From the NCBI GenBank assembly GCA_964486865.1, contig CAZAOZ010000004.1, forward strand, positions 38,602 through 102,601: a stretch of DNA of 64,000 bases, read 5' to 3'. The stretch is from an uncultured Bordetella sp. (GTDB taxonomy: Bacteria; Pseudomonadota; Gammaproteobacteria; Burkholderiales; SG8-41). Numbering within the stretch: position 1 is the stretch's first letter; every line of letters starts with the position of its first letter. A program made the translations under genes and the position numbers. Below, one piece after another: positions 29,365 through 37,817 of the stretch. Below the pieces are notes generated by a model that was given only the letters and a program-made list of their open reading frames with translations, made no database searches and was not told the origin of the DNA.

Positions 29365-30336
29365 CTATTCCGCCCGGTACGCGTGCGTGGTCATCACTTC
29401 CAGCACCTTGCGACTGCGATTATCGGGCGCCTTGCCCGTGACCTGCGTCTGCACCACGGCGATCAGCCGCCCGTGATGCACGACTCTGGATTTTATTTTC
29501 AGCGCGCGCCCTTCGCCGGGACTGATGTACCACGCCGATATCGCGGTCAGCGCCCAGTGCGGCGTCAGCGCGGCCATCGCGTTCTCCGCGGCAAGGCCGA
29601 GCAGGATGCCGCCCTGCACATGGCCGACGCGGTTGCCGATGTGCGGGCCGTTTTTCACCGTCGATTGCACGCCGCCCGCGACATGCTTCGCCTGCACGCC
29701 CCAGAACCGCTGGATGAATGAACCGCCGTGTTTACGTGTTTCCGCCAGCAGCGCATCGGCAGTGGCCAGCACTTTTTTTTCATCGGGCCGCAGCACGTTG
29801 CCGATGTCCAGCGTCGGATTTTCACCACGGCGGCGATGCGGCACCGGGTGCAGCTCCACGCCCTTGGGCGGTTTCAGCACCATGAAGGTGCCGGTGCCGG
29901 TGCCCACCAGGCCCGCGTCGTTGCGGATTTCGACCGCGCTCATCCCCTGCCGCCCCGCAGCGCCCTGCACAAAACCGTGCATCGCGCCGCGCCCCGACAA
30001 TCGTCCGCTACGCGCGGCGCCGCTGAACTGCAGGTTCATGGTCACCGTCGCCAGCCGCGTATGCGACGGCAGGGCTGCGCGCACCGCGGCCGCCATCACC
30101 AGATCGGCGAGGATCGCAAAGCCGGACAGGTTCAACTGGCCGTCGGCTTCCGCGCAATGCGGTGCGACATCGACTGACAGCGCGGTGTAGTCGGTGCCGA
30201 CATGGTCATAGGAAAGATCCAGAAAATTGCCGGCGAAGTGATAACCGGGCTCGCGGTTCAGGGCGATGCCGCGCAGCACCTGCGCGCGGATCGCTGCCAG
30301 GGTATCGGCTGTGGACGCAGCAGCGGGTTTGTGCAT
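29365..30336 (-). CDS. hotdog-fold (PaaI-like) thioesterase, two domains
   Basis: Two repeats of a PaaI-like pattern (GxxHGG-type segments: GHVQGGILLGLAAE, and GFAILADLVMAAA in the first half). Confidence 0.55.
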   Translation of the reverse strand: MHKPAAASTADTLAAIRAQVLRGIALNREPGYHFAGNFLDLSYDHVGTDYTALSVDVAPHCAEADGQLNLSGFAILADLVMAAAVRAALPSHTRLATVTMNLQFSGAARSGRLSGRGAMHGFVQGAAGRQGMSAVEIRNDAGLVGTGTGTFMVLKPPKGVELHPVPHRRRGENPTLDIGNVLRPDEKKVLATADALLAETRKHGGSFIQRFWGVQAKHVAGGVQSTVKNGPHIGNRVGHVQGGILLGLAAENAMAALTPHWALTAISAWYISPGEGRALKIKSRVVHHGRLIAVVQTQVTGKAPDNRSRKVLEVMTTHAYRAE

Positions 30337-30416
30337 CGGCCGATTGTAGCAAGCGGCAGCGTCCAGCCTGCAACCAGGCCACCCCCGGTTGAGTATCTAT
30401 AACTTGTTGTTTTTAT

Positions 30417-31289
30417 TTATATTTTTAACGCCTGCGCGACGGCATCCAGCGCCGCCGCGGATGCTCCGCCCTGCGCCCGCGCCAGATCCAGCGCAATCTG
30501 ATTCAGCGCGCGATAGGCATCGGCGATGCGCGCATCCAGCTTCCCGAGCGCCGCGAGTTGCCGGGTAATGACCTCCGCGTCGCCGCGCGCCACCGGTCCG
30601 GTCAGCGCGCGCGTCGTGCCCAGCGCAAAAATGTTGGCTATGGTCTCGCGCACCAGCGGCTCCATCATCGCCTGCGCCGTGGCGCGATGGATGCCGGCTT
30701 TTTCATAGGCGCGCAAACCCGCCTCCATCAGCGCGGTCAGGTCATTGCACACCAGCACGCTCGCCGTGTGATACAGCGTCTTGCCCGCAGGATCGATTGC
30801 CGACACCTGCGCGCCCAAGCGCCCGAACAACGGCGTCAGCACGGCAAGTGCCGCCGCATCGCCCTCCGCCGCGCAATGCGTACCGCTGAATGTCTGCACC
30901 GCCAGTGCCGGATCGGCAAAACTTTTCAGCGGATGCACGCTCGCCGTCTTCGCCCCGATCGCCGCCAGCGGCGCCAGCACTGCCGATGACAGCGCACCGC
31001 TGCAGTGAACCACGATATCGCCCTTGCGCACGCGACCCGCGGCCGCCAGCGCCGCGGCAACCGGCGCAATCGCCGCATCCGGCGGGGTCAGCAGCCAGAC
31101 CTCCGCCGCGCGCATGTCGCCCAGCACGCGCACCGCGCGGCCCGCGCCGATGAAAACCACCGCCGCCTCCGCCGTGGCGGTCTCCGCGCTCAGCACATCC
31201 TGCACCGCGCATGAACCCGCGCGCTGCAGCAATGCGCCCAGGGTGCGGCCGACGCGGCCCGGCCCGATGATGTTCAGCATGTGTGCCAT
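30417..31289 (-). CDS. Rossmann-fold / DUF2520 domain protein
   Basis: N-terminal LNIIGPGRVGRTLG dinucleotide-binding motif and a C-terminal DUF2520-like helical half. Confidence 0.65.
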   Translation of the reverse strand: MAHMLNIIGPGRVGRTLGALLQRAGSCAVQDVLSAETATAEAAVVFIGAGRAVRVLGDMRAAEVWLLTPPDAAIAPVAAALAAAGRVRKGDIVVHCSGALSSAVLAPLAAIGAKTASVHPLKSFADPALAVQTFSGTHCAAEGDAAALAVLTPLFGRLGAQVSAIDPAGKTLYHTASVLVCNDLTALMEAGLRAYEKAGIHRATAQAMMEPLVRETIANIFALGTTRALTGPVARGDAEVITRQLAALGKLDARIADAYRALNQIALDLARAQGGASAAALDAVAQALKI

Positions 31290-31390
31290 GGGACGATGGT
31301 AGCGCAGCCGTGATCACACGGTACTAAAGTCCGGCAGGAAACCTGCCGTTATGTCCCGCAGGTTCTTAGTCAGCCAATCAGGGTATCGCC

Positions 31391-32245
31391 ATGCAAAACA
31401 CCGTAGCTGTTGAACGCGAAGCCGAAGACATCGCCAAATCCGTAGGCATCCCGCCCTGCCCAGCCGTGCTGACCGGGCTGGTCGGCCAGATGCGCAACGA
31501 AGAACCCGACTTCCCGAAAATCGCGAAGCTGATCGGCACCGACGTCGCGCTGGCCGCGACCATGCTCAAAACCGTCAATTCGCCGTTCTACGGACTGCCG
31601 CAGAAAGTCAGCTCGATCCAGCAGGCGCTGGCGCTGCTCGGCCTGCGCAACGTGTCGCATCTGGTCACGCGGCTGCTGTTCCAGCAGGCCTTCCCGGTGA
31701 CGGACGGCGCCGCCATGGAACGCTATTGGGAATCGTCGTCGAACATTGCCATGATTCTTGCCTGGCTCGCGCGCAAGACCAAAAAACTCGACCGCGACGA
31801 CGCCTACACCTACGGTCTGTTCCGTGACTGCGGCATCCCGGTGATGATGCTCAATTTCACCGACCACCCGGATCTGCTCGACCAGGCCTACAACAACCCG
31901 GACCAGGTGCTGACGGAGATCGAGGATGAACAGCTCGGCGTTGATCACGCCAGTGTCGGCGCCGAACTCGCCGAATCCTGGCACCTGTCCACGGCGACCT
32001 GCCTCGCCATCAGGCGCCATCATGACTACACCATCTACGATAAAGAGTCCGACCTGCCGCCGCAGAGCTTCATCATGGTGTCGCTCGGCATCGTCGCCGA
32101 GAAGCTGTACCGCGGGCATTGCGGCGACACGCCGGGCGCGGAGTGGACACGCGCCGGCGCCGCGGCCCTGCAGGCCGCCGGCATCAGCGAAGAAGATCTG
32201 GCGGAATTCGCCGGCGAAATCGACGACGTGCTGGCTGCTGGCTGA
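31391..32245 (+). CDS. HDOD domain-containing protein
   Basis: LPPCPAVL-type N-terminus, KIAKLIGTDVALAATMLKTVNSPFYGLPQKVSSIQQALALLGL, and a HD-like C-terminal part. Confidence 0.8.
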   Translation: MQNTVAVEREAEDIAKSVGIPPCPAVLTGLVGQMRNEEPDFPKIAKLIGTDVALAATMLKTVNSPFYGLPQKVSSIQQALALLGLRNVSHLVTRLLFQQAFPVTDGAAMERYWESSSNIAMILAWLARKTKKLDRDDAYTYGLFRDCGIPVMMLNFTDHPDLLDQAYNNPDQVLTEIEDEQLGVDHASVGAELAESWHLSTATCLAIRRHHDYTIYDKESDLPPQSFIMVSLGIVAEKLYRGHCGDTPGAEWTRAGAAALQAAGISEEDLAEFAGEIDDVLAAG

Positions 32246-32261
32246 AGCGCCCGGTTTTTAA

Positions 32262-32430
32262 ACGGACGTGTCTGTTCAGCACGAACGAAACGTCAAAAGC
32301 CTCCCTCACCCGGCGCTGCGCGCCACCCTCTCCCGGAGGGCGAGGGTTTACCCCCTCTCCCTCCGGGAGAGGGGCTGGGGGTGAGGGAAGTTGTTGAATT
32401 TTCGTTCGCGCTGAACAGACACAAACGGAC
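32262..32430. repeat. REP family 3 compound palindrome
   Basis: Outer arms gtctgttcagcacgaacgaaa / tttcgttcgcgctgaacagac enclose ccctctcccggagggcgaggg and ccctctccctccgggagagggg hairpins. Confidence 0.8.
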
Positions 32431-32467
32431 AACAACTGGCCGTTCGTCCAGCGCTTCATTCACAGGC

Positions 32468-33430
32468 TCAGCGCTCGACCTGGATACCCGCAGCCTTCAC
32501 CACCTTACCCCACTTCTCGATATCGGCGCGGAGGAAGCTGGTGAACTCATCCATCGACATGGTCAGCGGATCGGCGCCGACCGCAACGAGTTTCTCGCGC
32601 ACCGCCGGCGTGTTGACGGTTTTGACGATGGCATCGTGCAGTTTGGCGGCGATGTCGCGCGGTATTTTTGCCGGCGCCAGCAGCGCGTAGTGATTGGTCA
32701 TCTCCACATTGGCATACCCCGATTCCTTCGCCGTCGGCACCTCAGGGAAATACGGCGAGCGCTTGCTGCTGGCCACGGCAATGGCGCGCACCCTGCCGCT
32801 TTTCACGTAAGGTGAAACCACCGGCAGGTCCACGAACATGCCCTGGATCTGCCCGGCGATCACATCGCTCACTGCGGGCGCCGCGCCCTTGTAGGGCACA
32901 TGCGTGACCTTGATCTTCGCATCACCCATCAGCATCTCCAGTGCCAGATGCAGAATGCCGCCGTTGCCGGCCGAGCCGAAGGCGATCTGGTTAGGGCGCG
33001 CCTTGGCGAGCGCGACAAACTCCTTCAATGTTTTCACCGGCATCGACGGGTGAATCACGATCAGGCTGGCGGTCGTCATCACCGGCGACAGCGGCTGCAG
33101 ATCGCGCAGCGTGTCGTAGGGCGGCCTGGCGTAGGTCACCATGTTGATCGACGTGACGCTCGCGGTGGACATCAGCAGGGTGTAGCCATCAGGCGCCGAG
33201 CGGATCACGTTTTCCGCGCCGATGATGCCGTTGGCGCCGGCGCGGTTGTCCACGATGATCGCCTGCCCGAGTAGTTCGGTCAGGCGCGGCCCGACGGTGC
33301 GCGCCGTGATGTCGGCCGGACCACCCGCCGCAAACGGCACGACGATGCGGATGGGTTTGGCCGGGAAGTTTTGCGCATGTGCGGTGGTGATGGCCAGCAG
33401 CGCGGTGGTCAGGACAATTACGTGTCTCAT
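32468..33430 (-). CDS. tripartite tricarboxylate transporter substrate-binding protein (Bug/TctC family)
   Basis: Signal peptide, then KPIRIVVPFAAGGPADITAR...DNRAGANG..., full length 320 aa. Confidence 0.88.
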   Translation of the reverse strand: MRHVIVLTTALLAITTAHAQNFPAKPIRIVVPFAAGGPADITARTVGPRLTELLGQAIIVDNRAGANGIIGAENVIRSAPDGYTLLMSTASVTSINMVTYARPPYDTLRDLQPLSPVMTTASLIVIHPSMPVKTLKEFVALAKARPNQIAFGSAGNGGILHLALEMLMGDAKIKVTHVPYKGAAPAVSDVIAGQIQGMFVDLPVVSPYVKSGRVRAIAVASSKRSPYFPEVPTAKESGYANVEMTNHYALLAPAKIPRDIAAKLHDAIVKTVNTPAVREKLVAVGADPLTMSMDEFTSFLRADIEKWGKVVKAAGIQVER

Positions 33431-33557
33431 GGTTTCTCTCTGAAAATGACGCTAAATACTCAAGATCATGCTGGCTCTGACCCTCGGCAACCTTGGCACT
33501 CTTTCCTGATGTTGTTCAAACAACGATCCTTCACCGAGGATAGCAATTTTCCCTGGA

Positions 33558-34088
33558 TCAATCGCGGCGTCCCTGTTGATCCTCTCGTTTCCTGGACCGC
33601 TCATTCCCAGACCCGTCGCGGACAAACCGAACCGGATAGCGGAAAAGTGGGCGGCTCTCCCCGGGCCGACCGGTCGAGAAGTCAACGTATGGCATCACGT
33701 CTCCCCACATTCCCCCCGCTGCGAACTTATCGCGCGGCGTATCAGGAAATACGGCTTCATCCACAACCGCCTTTCTACGGTCTTGGTCTGGATTCGGCTG
33801 CAAGACGAGGCTCAGTAGCTCGGCTTGGGTTGGCAGGCGCCACGGTGTTTCGCGGCGAGGTCTCAGCAACTCATTGCCAATCCCGCCATTGCCGGACGGC
33901 TCGCCCACGCATCGATCTTGCGCCAGATGCATGCCTCTGGCGCAACGTCTCCAGATGAGATGGGTTTCCCTGTCCAGAACCTCTTCGCCCTGGTACAGCA
34001 ATTCGTAGCGGCCCGCCGGCATCTGTGCTGCTGCGATGCCGCTCGCGACGAGAAGGACTGCCGCGAATACCGCGCTACGCACGCTCAT
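33558..34088 (-). CDS. DUF1566 (Lcl C-terminal) domain exported protein
   Basis: Signal peptide ...GIAAA|QM. HLIWRRC, PWRLPTQAELLSLV and YPVRFVRDG match the DUF1566 pattern. ATGA overlap with the upstream gene. Confidence 0.68.
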   Translation of the reverse strand: MSVRSAVFAAVLLVASGIAAAQMPAGRYELLYQGEEVLDRETHLIWRRCARGMHLAQDRCVGEPSGNGGIGNELLRPRRETPWRLPTQAELLSLVLQPNPDQDRRKAVVDEAVFPDTPRDKFAAGGMWGDVMPYVDFSTGRPGESRPLFRYPVRFVRDGSGNERSRKREDQQGRRD

Positions 34089-34528
34089 CGAATTTTCGCC
34101 CGCTCTTCCCTCATGAGTTTGTCAGTATCCACGCCTTTTTCTTTCATCAACCCGAGTGTGCGCTCCCATCCTTTGCGCTGGGTCACCATCTCCTTGTCGA
34201 AATCGCCGGCCGACATGCCCAGGCAACTGGCACTGTCTTTTGCGATCTCTCGTTTGATATTCGCGTCCGAGCAGTCCTCGGCTTTTTTCAAATTATTCTT
34301 CACAGACATCTGGCAAGCGCGTGCGACGTAGCCGGGATACTCAGGCGAACCTCTGGTGGCCGCGCAATATCCCTTGAGGTCGCGCTTCGCCATCGGCACT
34401 TCCGCGCTTGCGATCAATTTGGCACCTTTGCGCATTTCTGCGTCGGGCTCCGCCCCCCAAACACCGGACGCGGTGAACAACATGCTGGTGACAAAAAAAA
34501 CCAGTGCCATGCGAATCCTGATAGCCAT
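34085..34528 (-). CDS. hypothetical exported protein (4 Cys)
   Basis: Strong RBS AAGGAG 6 nt upstream and signal peptide ...SGVWG|AE. No family recognised. Confidence 0.55.
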   Translation of the reverse strand: MAIRIRMALVFFVTSMLFTASGVWGAEPDAEMRKGAKLIASAEVPMAKRDLKGYCAATRGSPEYPGYVARACQMSVKNNLKKAEDCSDANIKREIAKDSASCLGMSAGDFDKEMVTQRKGWERTLGLMKEKGVDTDKLMREERAKIR

Positions 34529-34650
34529 GATGACTCCTTGTCAGTATTGTGGTTCGGAAAAAACGGGATAACCAGAACAAAGAACAATGCGTCAGCCGTA
34601 CTGTTCAAAACGAATTACGCCAACCGATGATCCCTTGAGCAGCCGATTGT

Positions 34651-34977
34651 TCATCGTCTGTACACACCACCACCAACCCTGGGATCGTCGGCTTGGGTCT
34701 TGGGTGCCGGGCTGGTCGCTGGTTGCACCGCTGTGTCCGTCACAACACCGGGCGGACCCTCTTCACGGCGCTCAACAGGACGTTTGCCAGCTCGGTACGC
34801 CGCCGATTCCGCAGCATACAATCGATTGGTGCAATCCCGGCATTCGTAACGTTGTTCAAAATATTCCATCTTGACGGGGAGTGCTGACTTTCCCGGCAGG
34901 GAACTTGAAACGATGCCGGAAATTATCCGCTCCACTTCTGCCGTTACATCACTTTTGCAGAGACTGCAGCTATACAT
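34651..34977 (-). CDS. small CxxC...CxxC (zinc-ribbon-like) protein, long paralogue
   Basis: MYSCSLCKSDVTAEV...MEYFEQRYECRDCT, GGGGGA RBS. Paralogous to 35052..35258. The tail ends QADDPRVGGGVYRR. Confidence 0.5.
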   Translation of the reverse strand: MYSCSLCKSDVTAEVERIISGIVSSSLPGKSALPVKMEYFEQRYECRDCTNRLYAAESAAYRAGKRPVERREEGPPGVVTDTAVQPATSPAPKTQADDPRVGGGVYRR

Positions 34978-35051
34978 TTCTGATCCCCCAACAAGGTGAG
35001 AACGAGTCGGCAGGCTCGCTTTGCCGTTGCACAGCGCACGCTTTCGCCGGT

Positions 35052-35258
35052 TCAGCTGCGGCGTCTTGCTGCTCTTTCCGCCGCCGTTTCCGCCGCAGAT
35101 GCCTGTTGATTGCAAGCCCGGCAAACATAGCGTTGTTCAAAATATTCCATCATTCCCGGGAATCCTGCCTGTCCCGGCGCAGAACTTGAAACAATGCTGG
35201 AAATCTCCCGGTCTACTTCTGCCGTTACATCTCTTTTGCAGAGACTGCAGCTATACAT
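35052..35258 (-). CDS. small CxxC...CxxC (zinc-ribbon-like) protein, short paralogue
   Basis: MYSCSLCKRDVTAEV...MEYFEQRYVCRACN, with the same RBS and upstream sequence as the neighbouring copy. Confidence 0.5.
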   Translation of the reverse strand: MYSCSLCKRDVTAEVDREISSIVSSSAPGQAGFPGMMEYFEQRYVCRACNQQASAAETAAERAARRRS

Positions 35259-35366
35259 TTCTGATCCCCCAACAAAGTTAGAACGGGATGGCAGGCTCGT
35301 ACTGCCGCTGTACGGCATGATGTCCCGAGCCAATCATGTGCATCGGTGAACCCCGCCATTCCCTCA

Positions 35367-36995
35367 TCAGGCGCACCGACCCAACAGTCCGCGGCCGACC
35401 TGGAAATGTACGTCGACCGCTGAACCGCCATCGGGCTTGTCAAGCGTTTCGCCGTACTTGCACGCGAACCAGTAGGTCGTCTCCCCGGAGGTATGCATGA
35501 TGGACTGACTGTTCGGTCCTGCGCCGATGTGCCACATGCCGCCCCCGTTTTTCTCGCAGTCCATAAATCCGGAATCGCTGCCTCTGGTGGGCCGATAGAC
35601 ACAGTAGATGTACTCAACGGCATACGGACACGCGTTAATCACTCCGCCACCTTGTTGCGGCTTCAAGCATTGATGCGCCTCCAGGCCGGCTTGGTGACGC
35701 TTGGGTTTTCCCTGGCGTGCCCGGTCAAGTTCGGCCTGGCGTTTCTGGGCAAGCGCGGTGGCTCGGTTCACGTCTTGGGAAATGTGGGTGGCTCCAGGCG
35801 TACCGGCTGGATCACGATTTTCATTGTCCGTTGTGCTTCCGGCACCCGCGAGCTTCAGGTTCCCACTTTTAATCCAGGCTTGTGCGTTTGGGTGCCCCGC
35901 GCAACGTCCCTCAAAGAGTTCTATCTCGACACGACCAAGACGAGCCTTCACGTCGTTTGCATTGCCTGGCCAGCTTTTTGATTCACGATGCACGGCCAAT
36001 ATTTCTCGGTTACAGGAGATGATTTGGTCGGGCGATAAACCTCCCGGGACTGTATTTGCCGGTGAACTGGGGGAAGGGGGGGTTACGGATGTACGCTTGA
36101 TCTGGGCCGCCATATGGCGAGCGACGCACGCATACACCAGTTGCTCCGCGCCCCACTGCGAAGTTTCAAGCTCCTTCGCTTTCTTGGTATAAATGTCCGC
36201 CATTAGCAGAAGCGCGTCACCGTAGTTTGGTGAAGTTGGAGCAGGCGGACGATTCTTATCCTTAAATGCATTACAAATTGGGGGGGCGCTAGGGGAAAAC
36301 GTCCGGATTCCGTCATGTCCCATTTTCATGCCGCCACAGCCATAACTAAGATAGTTGCTGAAGTCCTGCATCGTACGCGGTATCGTTTCATTCATTAGTA
36401 CGTTTATTGGCCTGTCGATGGCTCGAAAACCAGATGTTGTCGCATTGGAAAGCGTTCTGAGCCGCTGACGCTCGGCCTCACAAACCTGCGTAGGTTGAGA
36501 GGGAGGCGAACTGCCGCGTTCAAGCACGCTTATCTGCGCACGGATCACACACAAAAGATATCTTTGAAAAAAAGCCCCACGCAGTTGGCCAGCGTCCCGA
36601 ACATTCATCTCTTGCGATTTTTCCCACAATTGCAATCCGCGGAGATTTCTCTCTATGTCCGGAAACCTTTTCTTTATTCCTGTACCCGATGCGGACTCTG
36701 CCAGCTCTCTTCTGAGGGGGTCGTAGTCTGCTTTGAAGACAAGTATCCTCTCCAATGAACCGGGATCACTGGGGCGAATCTTGAGAAGAGCATTGGCTGG
36801 CTCCTCTCTGACCGCCGCCTGATGCTCTGCTTCGCAAACCTGCGCAATTGCCTGAGAGGACGCGCAAACCAGCATCAACCCTATCAACACTGACCATGGA
36901 TTGATTGGCTTCCTGGATTCACGGAGACGATCCGGCGGCAAAGCAACCATTTCTCCATCATTCATTTCATTCTCCTTGGGCAAACGATTGCTCAT
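35367..36995 (-). CDS. hypothetical exported cysteine-rich protein (542 aa)
   Basis: N-terminal signal anchor or peptide ...SSQAIA|QV, a repeated QVCEAE motif, and a C-terminal six-Cys module shared with 37818..39041. ATGA overlap with the upstream gene. Confidence 0.6.
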   Translation of the reverse strand: MSNRLPKENEMNDGEMVALPPDRLRESRKPINPWSVLIGLMLVCASSQAIAQVCEAEHQAAVREEPANALLKIRPSDPGSLERILVFKADYDPLRRELAESASGTGIKKRFPDIERNLRGLQLWEKSQEMNVRDAGQLRGAFFQRYLLCVIRAQISVLERGSSPPSQPTQVCEAERQRLRTLSNATTSGFRAIDRPINVLMNETIPRTMQDFSNYLSYGCGGMKMGHDGIRTFSPSAPPICNAFKDKNRPPAPTSPNYGDALLLMADIYTKKAKELETSQWGAEQLVYACVARHMAAQIKRTSVTPPSPSSPANTVPGGLSPDQIISCNREILAVHRESKSWPGNANDVKARLGRVEIELFEGRCAGHPNAQAWIKSGNLKLAGAGSTTDNENRDPAGTPGATHISQDVNRATALAQKRQAELDRARQGKPKRHQAGLEAHQCLKPQQGGGVINACPYAVEYIYCVYRPTRGSDSGFMDCEKNGGGMWHIGAGPNSQSIMHTSGETTYWFACKYGETLDKPDGGSAVDVHFQVGRGLLGRCA

Positions 36996-37621
36996 CGCCT
37001 GTAAGACCCGCCTACTACTTTGGGATCGTCAGCTTGGGCATTGGGCCCTGCGTTGCCCGCAGGTTGACGCACAACCTGCGCTTGAACCGGTTGCCCGACC
37101 GACCCCGTGAGCCGGGCAAGACTCGCGCCGTCGCCCGGGTTCGGGCTGAACCCGAACTTGGTGTTGCTCAGCTTCATCATGCCGGCACTGAATCCGGGAG
37201 AATTCAGCGCAGCCAATAGCGCACGCTCCAAGTCCCTGACTATGCTTGCTGGAGTTCCCGGAGGAGCAAATACTCCCGCCCACCTCCAATTTGAAGTTTC
37301 ACCGACAACGGCTGCCAATGGCACAAGACCGCCTACCTCAGGTGCAGGCTGACTGATTGCTGCAGTGACAATGATTATCTGACTGCCGTCCGCTCGTGCA
37401 TTACCGAATCCCCGGACGGCAACGGCTCCAACTTCGCCAGGCACGTTGCTGATAACTACCGGTTTCCCGAGAATAGGGGCCAGCTCCGTCCCAAGGATTC
37501 TTGCGACGATGTCAGTCAGTCCTCCGGGCGGGAAAGGAACAGTCAATTGAACGGCCTGAGCAAAAGCAGTCGCGCTGGATACCAGCCAAAGCACGGCAAT
37601 CAGATTGCGTAGCGTGTTCAT
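36992..37621 (-). CDS. Bug/TctC-like periplasmic protein lacking the central domain
   Basis: Signal peptide ...TAFA|QA. LTVPFPPGGLTDIVARILG aligns with IVVPFAAGGPADITARTVG of the neighbouring TctC, but the protein is 209 aa against 320 aa. C-terminal tail QADDPKVVGGSYRR. Confidence 0.58.
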   Translation of the reverse strand: MNTLRNLIAVLWLVSSATAFAQAVQLTVPFPPGGLTDIVARILGTELAPILGKPVVISNVPGEVGAVAVRGFGNARADGSQIIIVTAAISQPAPEVGGLVPLAAVVGETSNWRWAGVFAPPGTPASIVRDLERALLAALNSPGFSAGMMKLSNTKFGFSPNPGDGASLARLTGSVGQPVQAQVVRQPAGNAGPNAQADDPKVVGGSYRR

Positions 37622-37817
37622 TTATATTCTTTCAAAGATGACATTAAGTGCGGTCATTAAAAGTATCGTTACTTTGGGTAATACCACCCTGTCTCTGAGT
37701 CGCCCGCCTGGAGGAAGCTGACTGCGCATGGGCCAAAGTAGACAATAGGCGGAAGGCAGTGGTCAATTGCCGCAACACACTGGCCGGGGTCACGCAAGGC
37801 TCCTCGTTGGTCCTGCG

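Noticed and set aside
33371-34630. Plus-strand ORFs inside the islet (33371..33958, 33825..34331, 34025..34630).
   Set aside because: They overlap the better-supported minus-strand genes (signal peptides, strong RBS, DUF1566 motifs), and their translations are Arg/Ser/Pro-rich without features.
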